26,310 nucleotides of DNA from an uncultured Myxococcales bacterium. Lineage in GTDB: Bacteria > Myxococcota > UBA4151. A program made the position numbers and the translations under genes. The stretch spans positions 1 through 26,310 of the forward strand of contig CAXGWI010000034.1 of NCBI GenBank assembly GCA_964013405.1, in the 5' to 3' direction. The notes under the pieces were generated by a model. It ran no database searches. It was not told where the DNA came from and worked only from the letters and a program-made list of their open reading frames with translations. This document shows positions 17,859-26,310 of the stretch, in pieces. How positions within the stretch are numbered: position 1 is the first letter of the stretch; each line of letters opens with the position of its first letter.

Positions 17859-18587
17859 ATGATGCGGTCCAGCGAAAAAATCGTGCTACTGTTTGCTGCT
17901 TCGGTTGCTTTGTTGCCGTCGAAGGCGCTGGCTCAAGACGATGGTCTGTGGTCTCGGCTCTTTGGCGATGCCGGGGAGCAGGCAGATTACCCCCCAAGAA
18001 TTCTCCTCGCTTTCGGCGGCAAGACCTTGCCAGCGGTTCTCGATGGGACAGGGACGCGCGCCGACGGCTCCCACCCCTTTGTGTCCGGGGGAGGCGCTGG
18101 CCTCGGGCTAGATAATGGCAGCCTTGGCTTGGGGATCGGTGGTTCTATCTTCTCGTGGCCGGGAGGTGGAGACCTTTTTCATGCCCAGGTCCACGCACGC
18201 TATCGATTCTTCCGCCGGTCGTGGTTGTGCTTCGATATCCCCGTGAACTTAGGCGTGATGTCTCTACAAGATGGCCCGCGAACTTCATTTGGTAACTTCC
18301 TCGACGAGTCAGCATCATTCTTTCCCTATGTGAGCGGCCCCTATGGTCAGGTCGGTTTTGGGACGGAACTCTTGCCAGAATCTCTAGTCGGACTACGGTT
18401 TGTGACCCTGTTGCATTACGCTGATTGGGGTTCTGTGGAGAAAGGTGACTACGTCTGGGGTGTGAACGAAGAGGGGGAGGAGGTGCGGAGTGTCCAGACC
18501 CACGGGCTTTGGCCCGGGGCCTTAGCGAGTTCGTTTGGCGTCAGCCTCGCCTTGGAAATTCGCCTGCGGATCGAGCCCCAGGACTAA
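17859..18587 (+). CDS. Hypothetical exported protein, possibly a small outer-membrane beta-barrel
   Basis: Signal peptide ending ALA-Q; Gly/aromatic-rich alternating strands such as GLGIGGSIF, AQVHARYRF, GQVGFGTEL and GVSLALEIRL. Confidence 0.65.
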   Translation: MMRSSEKIVLLFAASVALLPSKALAQDDGLWSRLFGDAGEQADYPPRILLAFGGKTLPAVLDGTGTRADGSHPFVSGGGAGLGLDNGSLGLGIGGSIFSWPGGGDLFHAQVHARYRFFRRSWLCFDIPVNLGVMSLQDGPRTSFGNFLDESASFFPYVSGPYGQVGFGTELLPESLVGLRFVTLLHYADWGSVEKGDYVWGVNEEGEEVRSVQTHGLWPGALASSFGVSLALEIRLRIEPQD

Positions 18588-18697
18588 AGTGTAGCGACTC
18601 GACGTCGACGCTCTGTGGTCATTCCACCTCTTGGCGGGGGCTACGAGATTGTGGCATGAGCCGAGGCGCAGCGGGGGGTGCCACGAGGAGGCACCAC

Positions 18698-18778
18698 ATG
18701 ATGAGCGAAGAGCCTAAATACACAGAACGCTCACAAAGAAGGTTCCACAAGGTTACGGTCGGTGCGCTGCACCGGTGA
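18698..18778 (+). CDS. Possible 26-aa small or leader ORF (MMSEEPKYTERSQRRFHKVTVGALHR)
   Basis: GAGGAGG 6 nt before ATG; its TGA overlaps an in-frame GTG of the next gene (GTGA). Confidence 0.3.
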   Translation: MMSEEPKYTERSQRRFHKVTVGALHR

Positions 18779-18789
18779 GAGTCGAGGGG

Positions 18790-19698
18790 ATGATGAGTAG
18801 CGATCAACACCAGATCATCACAGACCCGGTTTGGGGCCATTTACGCGTCGAGCCAGTCCCCGCAGCAGATGAGTTGAGCGAATATTACGAGAGCAAATAC
18901 TACGACCTTATTCAACAGGGGGGACGGGCGCTGGAGCTTCAGCGGCTTATCGCCGGCGGCAAAGAGGCGGATGCAACACGCAACTGGCTCCACCACACGC
19001 TTTACGATACGCTCGTTGCCGCCCTCGAAGCCGCACCTGGTAGACGCGTCTTGGACGTCGGCTGTGGTATTGGCGAGTTTATCGCCTACGCGGAACAATG
19101 CGGCTTCAGCGCCCAGGGGGTAGAGCCCGCTAAACAAGCAGTCGAGTTGGCTCAATCGCAAGGATTAAGCGTTGAACTCGGAAACCTTGCCGATTTTGCA
19201 CGAAATCATTCGGATGCTCGTTTTGACGCCGTCACCTTTCTGAATGTGGTCGAACATTCCCCCGAGCCGATCGCACTCCTCGAGCAAGCACGAGACCTGC
19301 TCAACGATGGAGGCCTCCTTATCTGCCGGCTGCCGAACGATTTCAGCCCGATTCAGGAACTAGCGAGGCAAAAGAACGAAGTCCGTCGATGGTGGGTCGT
19401 GGTCCCTGACCACATCAGCTACTTTAACTTCGATAACTTCCCACCAATCCTTGAGCGTTTAGGATTCTCCATCGAAGATACGATGGGGGACTACCCGATG
19501 GAGTTCTTTCTGTTGATGGGGCGAGACTACATCACGCACCCCGAGTTAGGTAAAGCTTGCCACCTAGAGCGGGTACAACTCGAGATGAGCATGCCCCCAG
19601 AGCAGTTGCGGTCAATGTACCGCGGGTTTGCGAGCGCTGGGATCGGGCGAAACGCACTTTTCGTTGCGCGAAAAAATAGGTCTTGTGACCAGCGCTAA
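18790..19698 (+). CDS. Class I SAM-dependent methyltransferase of the type found in glycan biosynthesis loci
   Basis: RVLDVGCGIG, GVEP, FDAVTFLNVVEH and PDHISYF motifs. Start could be 18775, 18790 or 18793. Confidence 0.9.
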   Translation: MMSSDQHQIITDPVWGHLRVEPVPAADELSEYYESKYYDLIQQGGRALELQRLIAGGKEADATRNWLHHTLYDTLVAALEAAPGRRVLDVGCGIGEFIAYAEQCGFSAQGVEPAKQAVELAQSQGLSVELGNLADFARNHSDARFDAVTFLNVVEHSPEPIALLEQARDLLNDGGLLICRLPNDFSPIQELARQKNEVRRWWVVVPDHISYFNFDNFPPILERLGFSIEDTMGDYPMEFFLLMGRDYITHPELGKACHLERVQLEMSMPPEQLRSMYRGFASAGIGRNALFVARKNRSCDQR

Positions 19699-20386
19699 GC
19701 GTTTGGCGTTAATCCCGGCTCGCGGTGGGAGTCAGCGCATCCCGCGCAAAAACATCCGCAGCTTTTGCGGGCAGCCGATCATCAAGTACAGCATCGATGC
19801 GGCGCACGCATCCGGCTTGTTTGACGTGGTGATGGTCTCTACTGATGACGAGGAGATCGCCGGGATCGCCCGTCAATTCGGTGCTGAGGTCCCCTTCATG
19901 CGCTCAGCAAAAAATGCGGACCACGAGGCCACCACCGTGGATGTCATTAAGGAAGTCCTGACGACCTATGCAGCACAGGATGTCCACTTCGAGAGTTGTT
20001 GCTGTATCTATCCGACGGCGCCTTTAATTCACGCTGAGAGTTTACGAGCCTCTTTTGAGCAACTTGAGCGCGACGGCCTCGACTCCGTCTTCCCGGTTGT
20101 CGCCTTTGACTATCCGATCCAACGAGCGACAAGAATCAACGCGTCGGGTTGTCTCGAGCTCATCGACTCTAGTCACCGATTTAGCCGCAGCCAAGACCTA
20201 GCACCTGCATACCACGACGCTGGCCAATTCTACACGTTCAGGACGGAAGTCCTGCTAAAGACAGGCGATATTTGGACCGAAAAAACGGGTGCAGTGGTCC
20301 TTAGCGCGATGCAGATTCAAGACATCGATACGGAAGATGACTGGGCTTTGGCTGAACTGAAGTTTGAGCGGATTAATGGACCGTAA
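19685..20386 (+). CDS. pseF: Pseudaminic acid cytidylyltransferase (CMP-nonulosonic acid synthetase)
   Basis: IPARGGSQRIPRKNI, VSTDDEEIA, CCIYPTAP, RSQDL...YHDAGQFY and QDIDTEDDW motifs. GTG at 19685 overlaps the upstream stop. Confidence 0.9.
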   Translation: MTSAKRLALIPARGGSQRIPRKNIRSFCGQPIIKYSIDAAHASGLFDVVMVSTDDEEIAGIARQFGAEVPFMRSAKNADHEATTVDVIKEVLTTYAAQDVHFESCCCIYPTAPLIHAESLRASFEQLERDGLDSVFPVVAFDYPIQRATRINASGCLELIDSSHRFSRSQDLAPAYHDAGQFYTFRTEVLLKTGDIWTEKTGAVVLSAMQIQDIDTEDDWALAELKFERINGP

Positions 20387-21707
20387 GGCAGTCGTTGTTG
20401 GTGGAGGGGTAGCGGGGATCACCGCAGCGCTCATGCTTCGTCAGCAAGGCTACCAGGTCACGCTCATTGAGCGGGCCGAAGAACTCGGTGGTCTACTTCG
20501 CTCAGTTTATCCCTTTGGCTCCGACTATGCTTTCGATTTTGGGACCCATCTAGGGCGAGAGACGGGCATCGATGAGTTGGACAGCCTGCTCTATGACGGT
20601 CTGGACGCACCCCGGTTGCCTAGCACGCTTGCTGGCTCGTTTCATGGGCGACTCTTCGAGGGGAATGCCTTCTTATCCGACCAAGGACTGCCAGAGCGCC
20701 AGCGAAGGGCGGGGCTCGAGGCGCTGATCAACCGGCGAGGTGGGTCGGTGTATGAGGACCTAAGTGATCAGCTTGTGAGACAGTTTGGGGAGGTCTACGC
20801 GGAGCAACTGTTCGAGCCCATCATCGAGAAGCACTTTGGCTGCAGTGCGAAGGAGCTTGCCCCCGAAGCCCACCGACTATTCGGCTTAGCGCGCCTTGTG
20901 GCCGGGAACGCCGAGCAAACGAAAAAACTGAAGCAAACACCCCAGCATGACGAGGTGCTTGCTTACCACAGCCACCTCGACCTCATCTCATCCCAGCGCT
21001 CACTGTATCCTGCGGTGGGAGGGATGGGGACATGGATCGATCATTTGCATCGTCGACTGATCGAAGCGGGGGTGACGGTCCGCACCAACTGTTCGATTGA
21101 GCGCTTCGACCGGAGCCGTCGCTCGATCATCGGCGTGCACACCGACCAAGGTGCCTATGAGGTGGATCACCTTGTGTGGTGTGCGCCGCTGTTCGCACTG
21201 GCGAAAGGTTTAGGCCTGCCACTGCCCGAAGGGGGACCACCGAGACGCTTGACGACTACGCTTCAACACCTCTTGGTCGATGCTGATTACCAGACGGACC
21301 TCTATTACCTACACTGCTATGAGCCGTCGATGAAGACCTTCCGGGTGACGCTCTATGACAACTTCAGTTCTACGCTTAGGGGCAAGCGCAGGCTGACGGT
21401 TGAGCATCTTCTAACGCCAAGCGACTTTGCTCAACTCGACGAGGATGCCCATGCACGCGAGACGGACTATGAACTGGTCGAGATGGGGATAATTCCCTCC
21501 AGCGCATCAGTCACCGACCGTCATCTCGCTGTCTATCCCAACGGTTTTCCTATCCCGACGCCCGATTTTGTTGGGGCAAACGAACAACTGCTTGAGACGG
21601 CGCGCACAGCGACGGACAACGTCACCTTACTCGGGAAGAACATCGGCAAGATCTGGTTTATGAATGAAGTGCTCGTCGATGCTTACCGGCAGATAAGTGC
21701 CCTGTGA
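20376..21707 (+). CDS. FAD-dependent oxidoreductase (HemY/UDP-galactopyranose mutase-like N-terminus)
   Basis: VVVGGGVAGITAA...LIER...LGGLLRS...FDFGTH FAD-binding motif and YPAVGGMG. Overlaps the pseF stop. Confidence 0.85.
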   Translation: MDRKAVVVGGGVAGITAALMLRQQGYQVTLIERAEELGGLLRSVYPFGSDYAFDFGTHLGRETGIDELDSLLYDGLDAPRLPSTLAGSFHGRLFEGNAFLSDQGLPERQRRAGLEALINRRGGSVYEDLSDQLVRQFGEVYAEQLFEPIIEKHFGCSAKELAPEAHRLFGLARLVAGNAEQTKKLKQTPQHDEVLAYHSHLDLISSQRSLYPAVGGMGTWIDHLHRRLIEAGVTVRTNCSIERFDRSRRSIIGVHTDQGAYEVDHLVWCAPLFALAKGLGLPLPEGGPPRRLTTTLQHLLVDADYQTDLYYLHCYEPSMKTFRVTLYDNFSSTLRGKRRLTVEHLLTPSDFAQLDEDAHARETDYELVEMGIIPSSASVTDRHLAVYPNGFPIPTPDFVGANEQLLETARTATDNVTLLGKNIGKIWFMNEVLVDAYRQISAL

Positions 21708-22777
21708 TCGACACAGCCACCGGCCATCAGATTTTCTTTCGCTGTGACTCCAACACGCGGCATGGCTTTGGTCATACGGCTCGGTGTATGAATCTTGCGC
21801 ATGCACTTCGTGCGCAGCATCCCGCAGAGATCGCTTTTATCGGCGACTTTGGTTCCTTTGCACGAGGTCTCCTTGCCGAGAACGGATTTCAGGTCATCGC
21901 TTGTAGCGAGGACCGGCCGACGCCCCAAGAACTCCTGGCTCGCCTTGCGCCCCGGTCCCTATTGGTCGTCGACCATTATGGAGTGGACCAAGCGTTTGTC
22001 GACGCTATGGCCGAAGCGCAGCGGCGACCCGTCTACTTCGTGGATGAGGACCATCTCGATTACCAAGGCAAATCGCTTGCGCTGATCAGCATCCGCCTCG
22101 ATGGTCAAGAAATGCGCCTTAAACGATTCGACATACCCGTCTTTTCGGGCTCAGAGTATTTGGTGGTCAGCCCAGAGTTTACTGCTCTTAGACAACAGTT
22201 CGAAGGAGTCCATGTCCGCCGGACTGCCCAACACATCACCATCTTTTTATCGGGCAGTCAGGGGCAGTTCCAGCGCGAGCAAATCGTCGCTCAAGCGGTC
22301 GCAGAAGCAGCGACAAACCTGGAACTCCATCTGATCACTAACCACGTCAGTGAGCACCGGGCATCGACAGACCTTAAATCGCATGTCGACCTGCGGCTCG
22401 AAGGGCCAACAACACAATTCGCCAAACGACTTGCACAGACCGATCTGTTAATCTGCGGCGGTGGTCTCCTCAAATACGAGGCAGCATACTGTGGTCTGCC
22501 CAGTGCGATCTGTTCCGTGTCAGATCTTCAGCACAAGGACTCGCTCGAATTTTGTGGGCGTGGGCTCGCTTGGGATCTAGGCGCATGGTCTCAAGCCGAG
22601 TTTGTGCACGGTCTCAGGACCAAACTCTCGACCATCATCGCGGATCAACATCTTAGGCAGCGCCTGCGCCATAATTGCCATGCGCTCTTTCGACGTGACT
22701 CTACCCAGCGCTTGGCACGGCACCTCCTCAAGTTAAACGCAGAACAGGACGATCATGGACGTCAAACAGCACTATAA
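21704..22777 (+). CDS. pseG: PseG/SpsG-like UDP-sugar hydrolase (GT-B fold), divergent
   Basis: FRCDSN..HGFGHTARC..LA, LVVDHY and DLLICGGG..YEAA..GLP motifs; located with pseF and pseI. Confidence 0.78.
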   Translation: MIDTATGHQIFFRCDSNTRHGFGHTARCMNLAHALRAQHPAEIAFIGDFGSFARGLLAENGFQVIACSEDRPTPQELLARLAPRSLLVVDHYGVDQAFVDAMAEAQRRPVYFVDEDHLDYQGKSLALISIRLDGQEMRLKRFDIPVFSGSEYLVVSPEFTALRQQFEGVHVRRTAQHITIFLSGSQGQFQREQIVAQAVAEAATNLELHLITNHVSEHRASTDLKSHVDLRLEGPTTQFAKRLAQTDLLICGGGLLKYEAAYCGLPSAICSVSDLQHKDSLEFCGRGLAWDLGAWSQAEFVHGLRTKLSTIIADQHLRQRLRHNCHALFRRDSTQRLARHLLKLNAEQDDHGRQTAL

Positions 22778-23360
22778 AGAACTCTTCGAGGCACACGGTA
22801 ATTCAGCGAAGGCGGTCCAATGGGGGGACCAAGAGAGCCAGTACAACCGCTTTGAGGTCCTCGCACAAGTGGCACCTAAACTGGGCTCGGTTGTCGACGT
22901 CGGCTGCGGCTTGGGCCACCTTTACACATACCTTCGAGCCCGTGAGCCCGATCTGCGTTATACCGGCTTAGATTTCGTGCCGGAATTCATTCAATCCGCC
23001 CGCGCGCAGTTTGCTGAGACACCAGCGCAATTCCAGGTTTTTGATCTCTTCAACGACACCATGCCGACGGGTTCCGATTATTTGCTCCTGAGTGGTGTCT
23101 TTAACAACCTGATGGAGGATAACTGGGGCTTTATGACCCATGCTCTTCGCACCATGTTTGGCGCCGCTGAGCGAGGTGTCGCCTTTAACGCGATGTCGAC
23201 CTACGTCGATTACCATGATCCTGAGTTGTACTACGTCGACCCCTGCGCCGTGTTTGACTTCTGTAAGAGAAACCTCAGCAAGAAGGTGACTTTACGTCAT
23301 GATTATGCACTCAGGGAGGGCGGCTTTCCCTTTGAATTTGTGGTCTATTGCTACAAATGA
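22755..23360 (+). CDS. Class I SAM-dependent methyltransferase
   Basis: SVVDVGCGLG, YTGLD, DYLLLSGVFN and GVAFNAMS motifs. Confidence 0.9.
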   Translation: MDVKQHYKELFEAHGNSAKAVQWGDQESQYNRFEVLAQVAPKLGSVVDVGCGLGHLYTYLRAREPDLRYTGLDFVPEFIQSARAQFAETPAQFQVFDLFNDTMPTGSDYLLLSGVFNNLMEDNWGFMTHALRTMFGAAERGVAFNAMSTYVDYHDPELYYVDPCAVFDFCKRNLSKKVTLRHDYALREGGFPFEFVVYCYK

Positions 23361-24103
23361 AGCTTGCAATCATGCAACCCACCTATCTGCCTTGGGTCGG
23401 CTATTTTCAACTGATCGATGCAGTCGATCAGTTCGTCTTTCTCGACGATGTTCAACTGACCAAACGCAGTTGGCAGGTGCGCAACCGAATCAAAACGCCA
23501 CAAGGTGAACTCTACCTGAGCGTACCGATCGACAAAGCGCCGCGCAGTACCTTGCTGCACCAAGCATGTGTCAAAAACAGCCTCAATTGGCGTGCCAGGC
23601 ACCTCCAGAATATTGAGCAGCATTACGCCAAAGCAGCGCATTTTGACATTGTCTTCCCCACACTGAGCGCAGCGCTCGACGACAACGCTGACAGCTTGGT
23701 GGACTCAAACATCAGGGTGATCGAGGCGCTCTGTAGCGTCCTCGGCCTTACAGCCGATTTCGTGCGCAGTTCAATGCTCCGGGAGACTCGGGCGAGCAAA
23801 GGTGACGGGCTACTTGAACTTTGCCAACTCCAAAGCGCCACCGCCTACCTCTCGCCCTTGGGTAGTGCGGACTATCTCGAAAGAGACGGCTCATCCGATG
23901 ATTTTGCCCGTGCTGGGATCACCCTGACTTACCAACACTACACACCTGTCGCCTACACGCAGCGCTATGGCGATTTCATCCCCTACCTGAGCGTGATCGA
24001 TCTCTTGCTGAACGAGGGGCCGCAGGCGGCGCTGCGCATTCTACGCGCTGGCGCTCGAACGCCGCTCACTCCAGCGCAGGTGCGCGAACGCTTGGCGACC
24101 TAG
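23357..24103 (+). CDS. WbqC family protein (putative glycyl transferase of sugar-modification loci)
   Basis: AIMQPTYLPWVGYF, FVFLDDVQ, RNRIK and YTQ...FIPYLSVIDLLLNEG motifs. ATGA overlap with the upstream gene. Confidence 0.92.
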   Translation: MKLAIMQPTYLPWVGYFQLIDAVDQFVFLDDVQLTKRSWQVRNRIKTPQGELYLSVPIDKAPRSTLLHQACVKNSLNWRARHLQNIEQHYAKAAHFDIVFPTLSAALDDNADSLVDSNIRVIEALCSVLGLTADFVRSSMLRETRASKGDGLLELCQLQSATAYLSPLGSADYLERDGSSDDFARAGITLTYQHYTPVAYTQRYGDFIPYLSVIDLLLNEGPQAALRILRAGARTPLTPAQVRERLAT

Positions 24104-24128
24104 GCAGCTTGAAGCGAACGAAAGAGGC

Positions 24129-25187
24129 TCAGGACGCGTCGTCGACCAATGCCCACGACATCGGGGTGCCCGCGTCGGCGGCCTGCTTCACTGTTCGACC
24201 AAGCAACGCTTCATAATGCTTAGGCTTGAGCCCAAAGCCAGGCCGAATGGAGCGTAAGTTCTCTGGCGTGAGGGTATCGCCAGGCTGTACGTCCTGAACG
24301 ATATAGAGGGAGCGCCGGTACGCTGAAGAGGCCTTTTCCACCGAGCGCATTCCGAGTTCAGGGGTTCCAATGGCGCGCCATGCGCGGTCCGTCTCCTCCA
24401 CCAGCGCTTTGAGTTCAGCAGGCTCCAAGGAGAAGGCGCTGTCGACGCCACCATCAGCGCGACTCAAGGTAAAATGCTTTTCGATTACGCGGGCGCCGAA
24501 GGCGACGCTTGCGACTGCCACGCCAATCCCGTGGGTGTGATCGGATAGTCCTGCCATGACTCCAAAGCGGGCTGCCAGCGTTGGGATCGCTGAGATGTGG
24601 GTCGCGTCCGGCGGCGATGGATAGGTTGAGGTGCACTTGAGCAAAACGATCTGGTCGTTACCCATACTCTTGGCGGCCTCGACCGCTTCTCCGATCTCTT
24701 CTTGTGAGGACATCCCCGTGGAGATGATCATCGGCTTACCGGTTGCGGCGACTTTTTTGATCAGCGGGATATCCACCATCTCGAAACTAGCAATCTTATA
24801 TAATTCGACTCCCAAACCCTCGAGGAAATCGACCGCAGTGGCGTCAAATGGAGACGAGAACCCAACCATGCCGTGGGTCTTGCAGCGCGCAAATATGGGT
24901 TCATGCCATTCCCATGGCGTGTGCGCCTCGTCGTAAAGGTCGTAAAGATTGCGGCCCTCCCAGAGGCTGCCTGCGTCGTTGATCACAAAGCCTGGCTTAC
25001 GGGAGTTGATGGTCATCGTGTCGGCGGTGTAGGTCTGGATCTTGAGGGCATGCGCGCCCGCCTCGGCGGCAGCGTCGACGATCGCCAGGGCGCGCTCGAG
25101 GTCGCGGTTATGGTTGCCGCTCATCTCGGCGATGATCAGGGGCGGTGCTGCGTTCCCGGCAAGCCGGTCCAATAAACTCACGTTCAT
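24129..25187 (-). CDS. pseI: Pseudaminic acid synthase (NeuB family with C-terminal SAF domain)
   Basis: IIAEMSGNHN and KIQTYTADTMT (PseI-like rather than NeuB/LegI-like), YKIASFE, LLKCTSTYP, GLSDHT, IEKHFTL and RRSLY...IRPGFG motifs. Confidence 0.93.
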   Translation of the reverse strand: MNVSLLDRLAGNAAPPLIIAEMSGNHNRDLERALAIVDAAAEAGAHALKIQTYTADTMTINSRKPGFVINDAGSLWEGRNLYDLYDEAHTPWEWHEPIFARCKTHGMVGFSSPFDATAVDFLEGLGVELYKIASFEMVDIPLIKKVAATGKPMIISTGMSSQEEIGEAVEAAKSMGNDQIVLLKCTSTYPSPPDATHISAIPTLAARFGVMAGLSDHTHGIGVAVASVAFGARVIEKHFTLSRADGGVDSAFSLEPAELKALVEETDRAWRAIGTPELGMRSVEKASSAYRRSLYIVQDVQPGDTLTPENLRSIRPGFGLKPKHYEALLGRTVKQAADAGTPMSWALVDDAS

Positions 25188-25494
25188 GGTCGTTATCCTT
25201 ACACCTCCAAACTAACGGTCGATCATGCCGCTTTGCTTAGCGGCGCAGTATGTCGGCGAAACAATGTCTACATACCTTTTCGGTCGAGGTACTCGCAGCC
25301 CACACGCATGGTTAAAATATCGGGCGCAGCCCATCTCATCGTTGCCGCGGAGATCGGGGTTACGTTCGAGGTCTATCTCCACTGTGCTCAGCGAGCGGTC
25401 TAAGGTATTATCGTTGGCGCCAGATTGAGGCGGCCATCACAATTCGCGTGGAGCCGATCTCTAGTTAGTGCTAAACTCGGCCCGGAGATCCAAA

Positions 25495-26166
25495 GTGACA
25501 AGTCGCTCTCGATGGCTATTGGCTGCGTTATTCCTTACCGCTTGTGGACTGCCCGATGAAGGTGGTGATCCCGGCAATCTAGGTGGCGAGCCTGGCAATC
25601 CTCCGGTGGAGGCAGCCTGCGGCAACGGGGTGCTTGAAGCTGGCGAAAGCTGTGACGACGGCAACCAAGTGGATGGTGACGGTTGTGAAGCGAGCTGTGG
25701 CATCAGCCAATTCGGGCCCGGCGATGAGACCGACTTTGGTCTCGCCGAAGCTCCTGTGCTTACCGTCGCAGAAGTGAATGAGTTTACGGCCCTTGCCTGC
25801 GGGGAGCCCGATGCTGGCTTGGGATCCATCCAATTGGTGAGTGCCGAAGTGGACGCCGCCCAGGTGATTCTGTTGCCCAGCGACCGGACGCAGATGGTGC
25901 AACTCCCTGAGTCAGGCACCGGTTACTTCACCCTGGAAGTGCCCGCATGGGGGGCCAAGATGATCGTCTCCACACCGTACACGACGAACTACGAAATCAT
26001 CGAGGGCGACCGGGAAGTGGCCCGCCGTTGGAATGGAACCTGTGGTGCCGATGGCGTGGTTCAAGAGGGCTATGTCTTTCACCGATGGGGTGCCTTTACG
26101 GTCCGGGTGACCGATGAAAACAACGAGCGTGTGCCGTTTACCATCGTGCATACCAACCCGGAGTAG
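25495..26166 (+). CDS. Lipoprotein with a single myxobacterial Cys-rich repeat and an unrecognised C-terminal domain
   Basis: GTG at 25495 after GGAG; LTAC lipobox; [27 protein letters not shown]. Confidence 0.82.
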   Translation: MTSRSRWLLAALFLTACGLPDEGGDPGNLGGEPGNPPVEAACGNGVLEAGESCDDGNQVDGDGCEASCGISQFGPGDETDFGLAEAPVLTVAEVNEFTALACGEPDAGLGSIQLVSAEVDAAQVILLPSDRTQMVQLPESGTGYFTLEVPAWGAKMIVSTPYTTNYEIIEGDREVARRWNGTCGADGVVQEGYVFHRWGAFTVRVTDENNERVPFTIVHTNPE

Positions 26167-26310
26167 ATCCGGGGGGGCGCTCTTTCTGCTGGTTGGGCTG
26201 ATCGGCACCGCCTGTGCGCCGAGCGAAGCCTTCATCGAAGCGAGTCAGATCGAGTTGGGGCAGCGCCTCTTCTTTGATCCCCAACTCTCCATCGACGGCA
26301 AGCGGGCCTG
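26114..26310 (+). CDS. 5' part of a di-heme cytochrome c peroxidase/MauG/MbnH-family lipoprotein, truncated by the window edge
   Basis: Manual translation gives [13 protein letters not shown] (lipobox)...[20 protein letters not shown](C), the conserved segment before the first CxxCH. The start codon is uncertain (ATG 26114 or GTG 26129). Confidence 0.8.
   Translation, partial: MKTTSVCRLPSCIPTRSRSGGALFLLVGLIGTACAPSEAFIEASQIELGQRLFFDPQLSIDGKRA

Noticed and set aside
25225..25428. 67-aa ORF between pseI and the lipoprotein gene
   Set aside because: No clear RBS or motif; lies in the divergent promoter region

Overview
High-GC bacterial chromosomal window whose gene content points to Myxococcota or a related deltaproteobacterium: myxobacterial Cys-rich repeats, an HRDVSP-type Ser/Thr kinase with an AgmX/PglI-like tail, and a myxobacterial-type pilin domain. 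From left to right it holds a partial Cys-repeat/RCC1 lipoprotein gene (not in the ORF track, runs off the left edge), a divergent membrane Ser/Thr kinase, korAB plus an abutting hypothetical gene, a Mod-like DNA methyltransferase with no adjacent restriction gene, apaG, an SRPBCC and nucleotidyltransferase pair, and tRNA-Asn followed by a decayed copy of its own 3' half (att-like scar). Then come a second Cys-repeat/RCC1 lipoprotein (15 repeats), a lipoprotein, a pilin-domain protein lacking a prepilin motif, an APC permease-USP fusion and a putative outer-membrane protein. The right end has an atypical pseudaminic acid cluster (MTase-pseF-FAD oxidoreductase-pseG-MTase-wbqC, convergent pseI, no pseB/C/H in view), a third Cys-repeat lipoprotein and the start of a cytochrome c peroxidase/MauG-like gene. 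The best candidates for something new are the tailored nonulosonic acid pathway, the modular stalk-and-head lipoprotein family and the surface-gene block behind the tRNA-Asn scar. All calls come from reading motifs by eye; no database searches were run.
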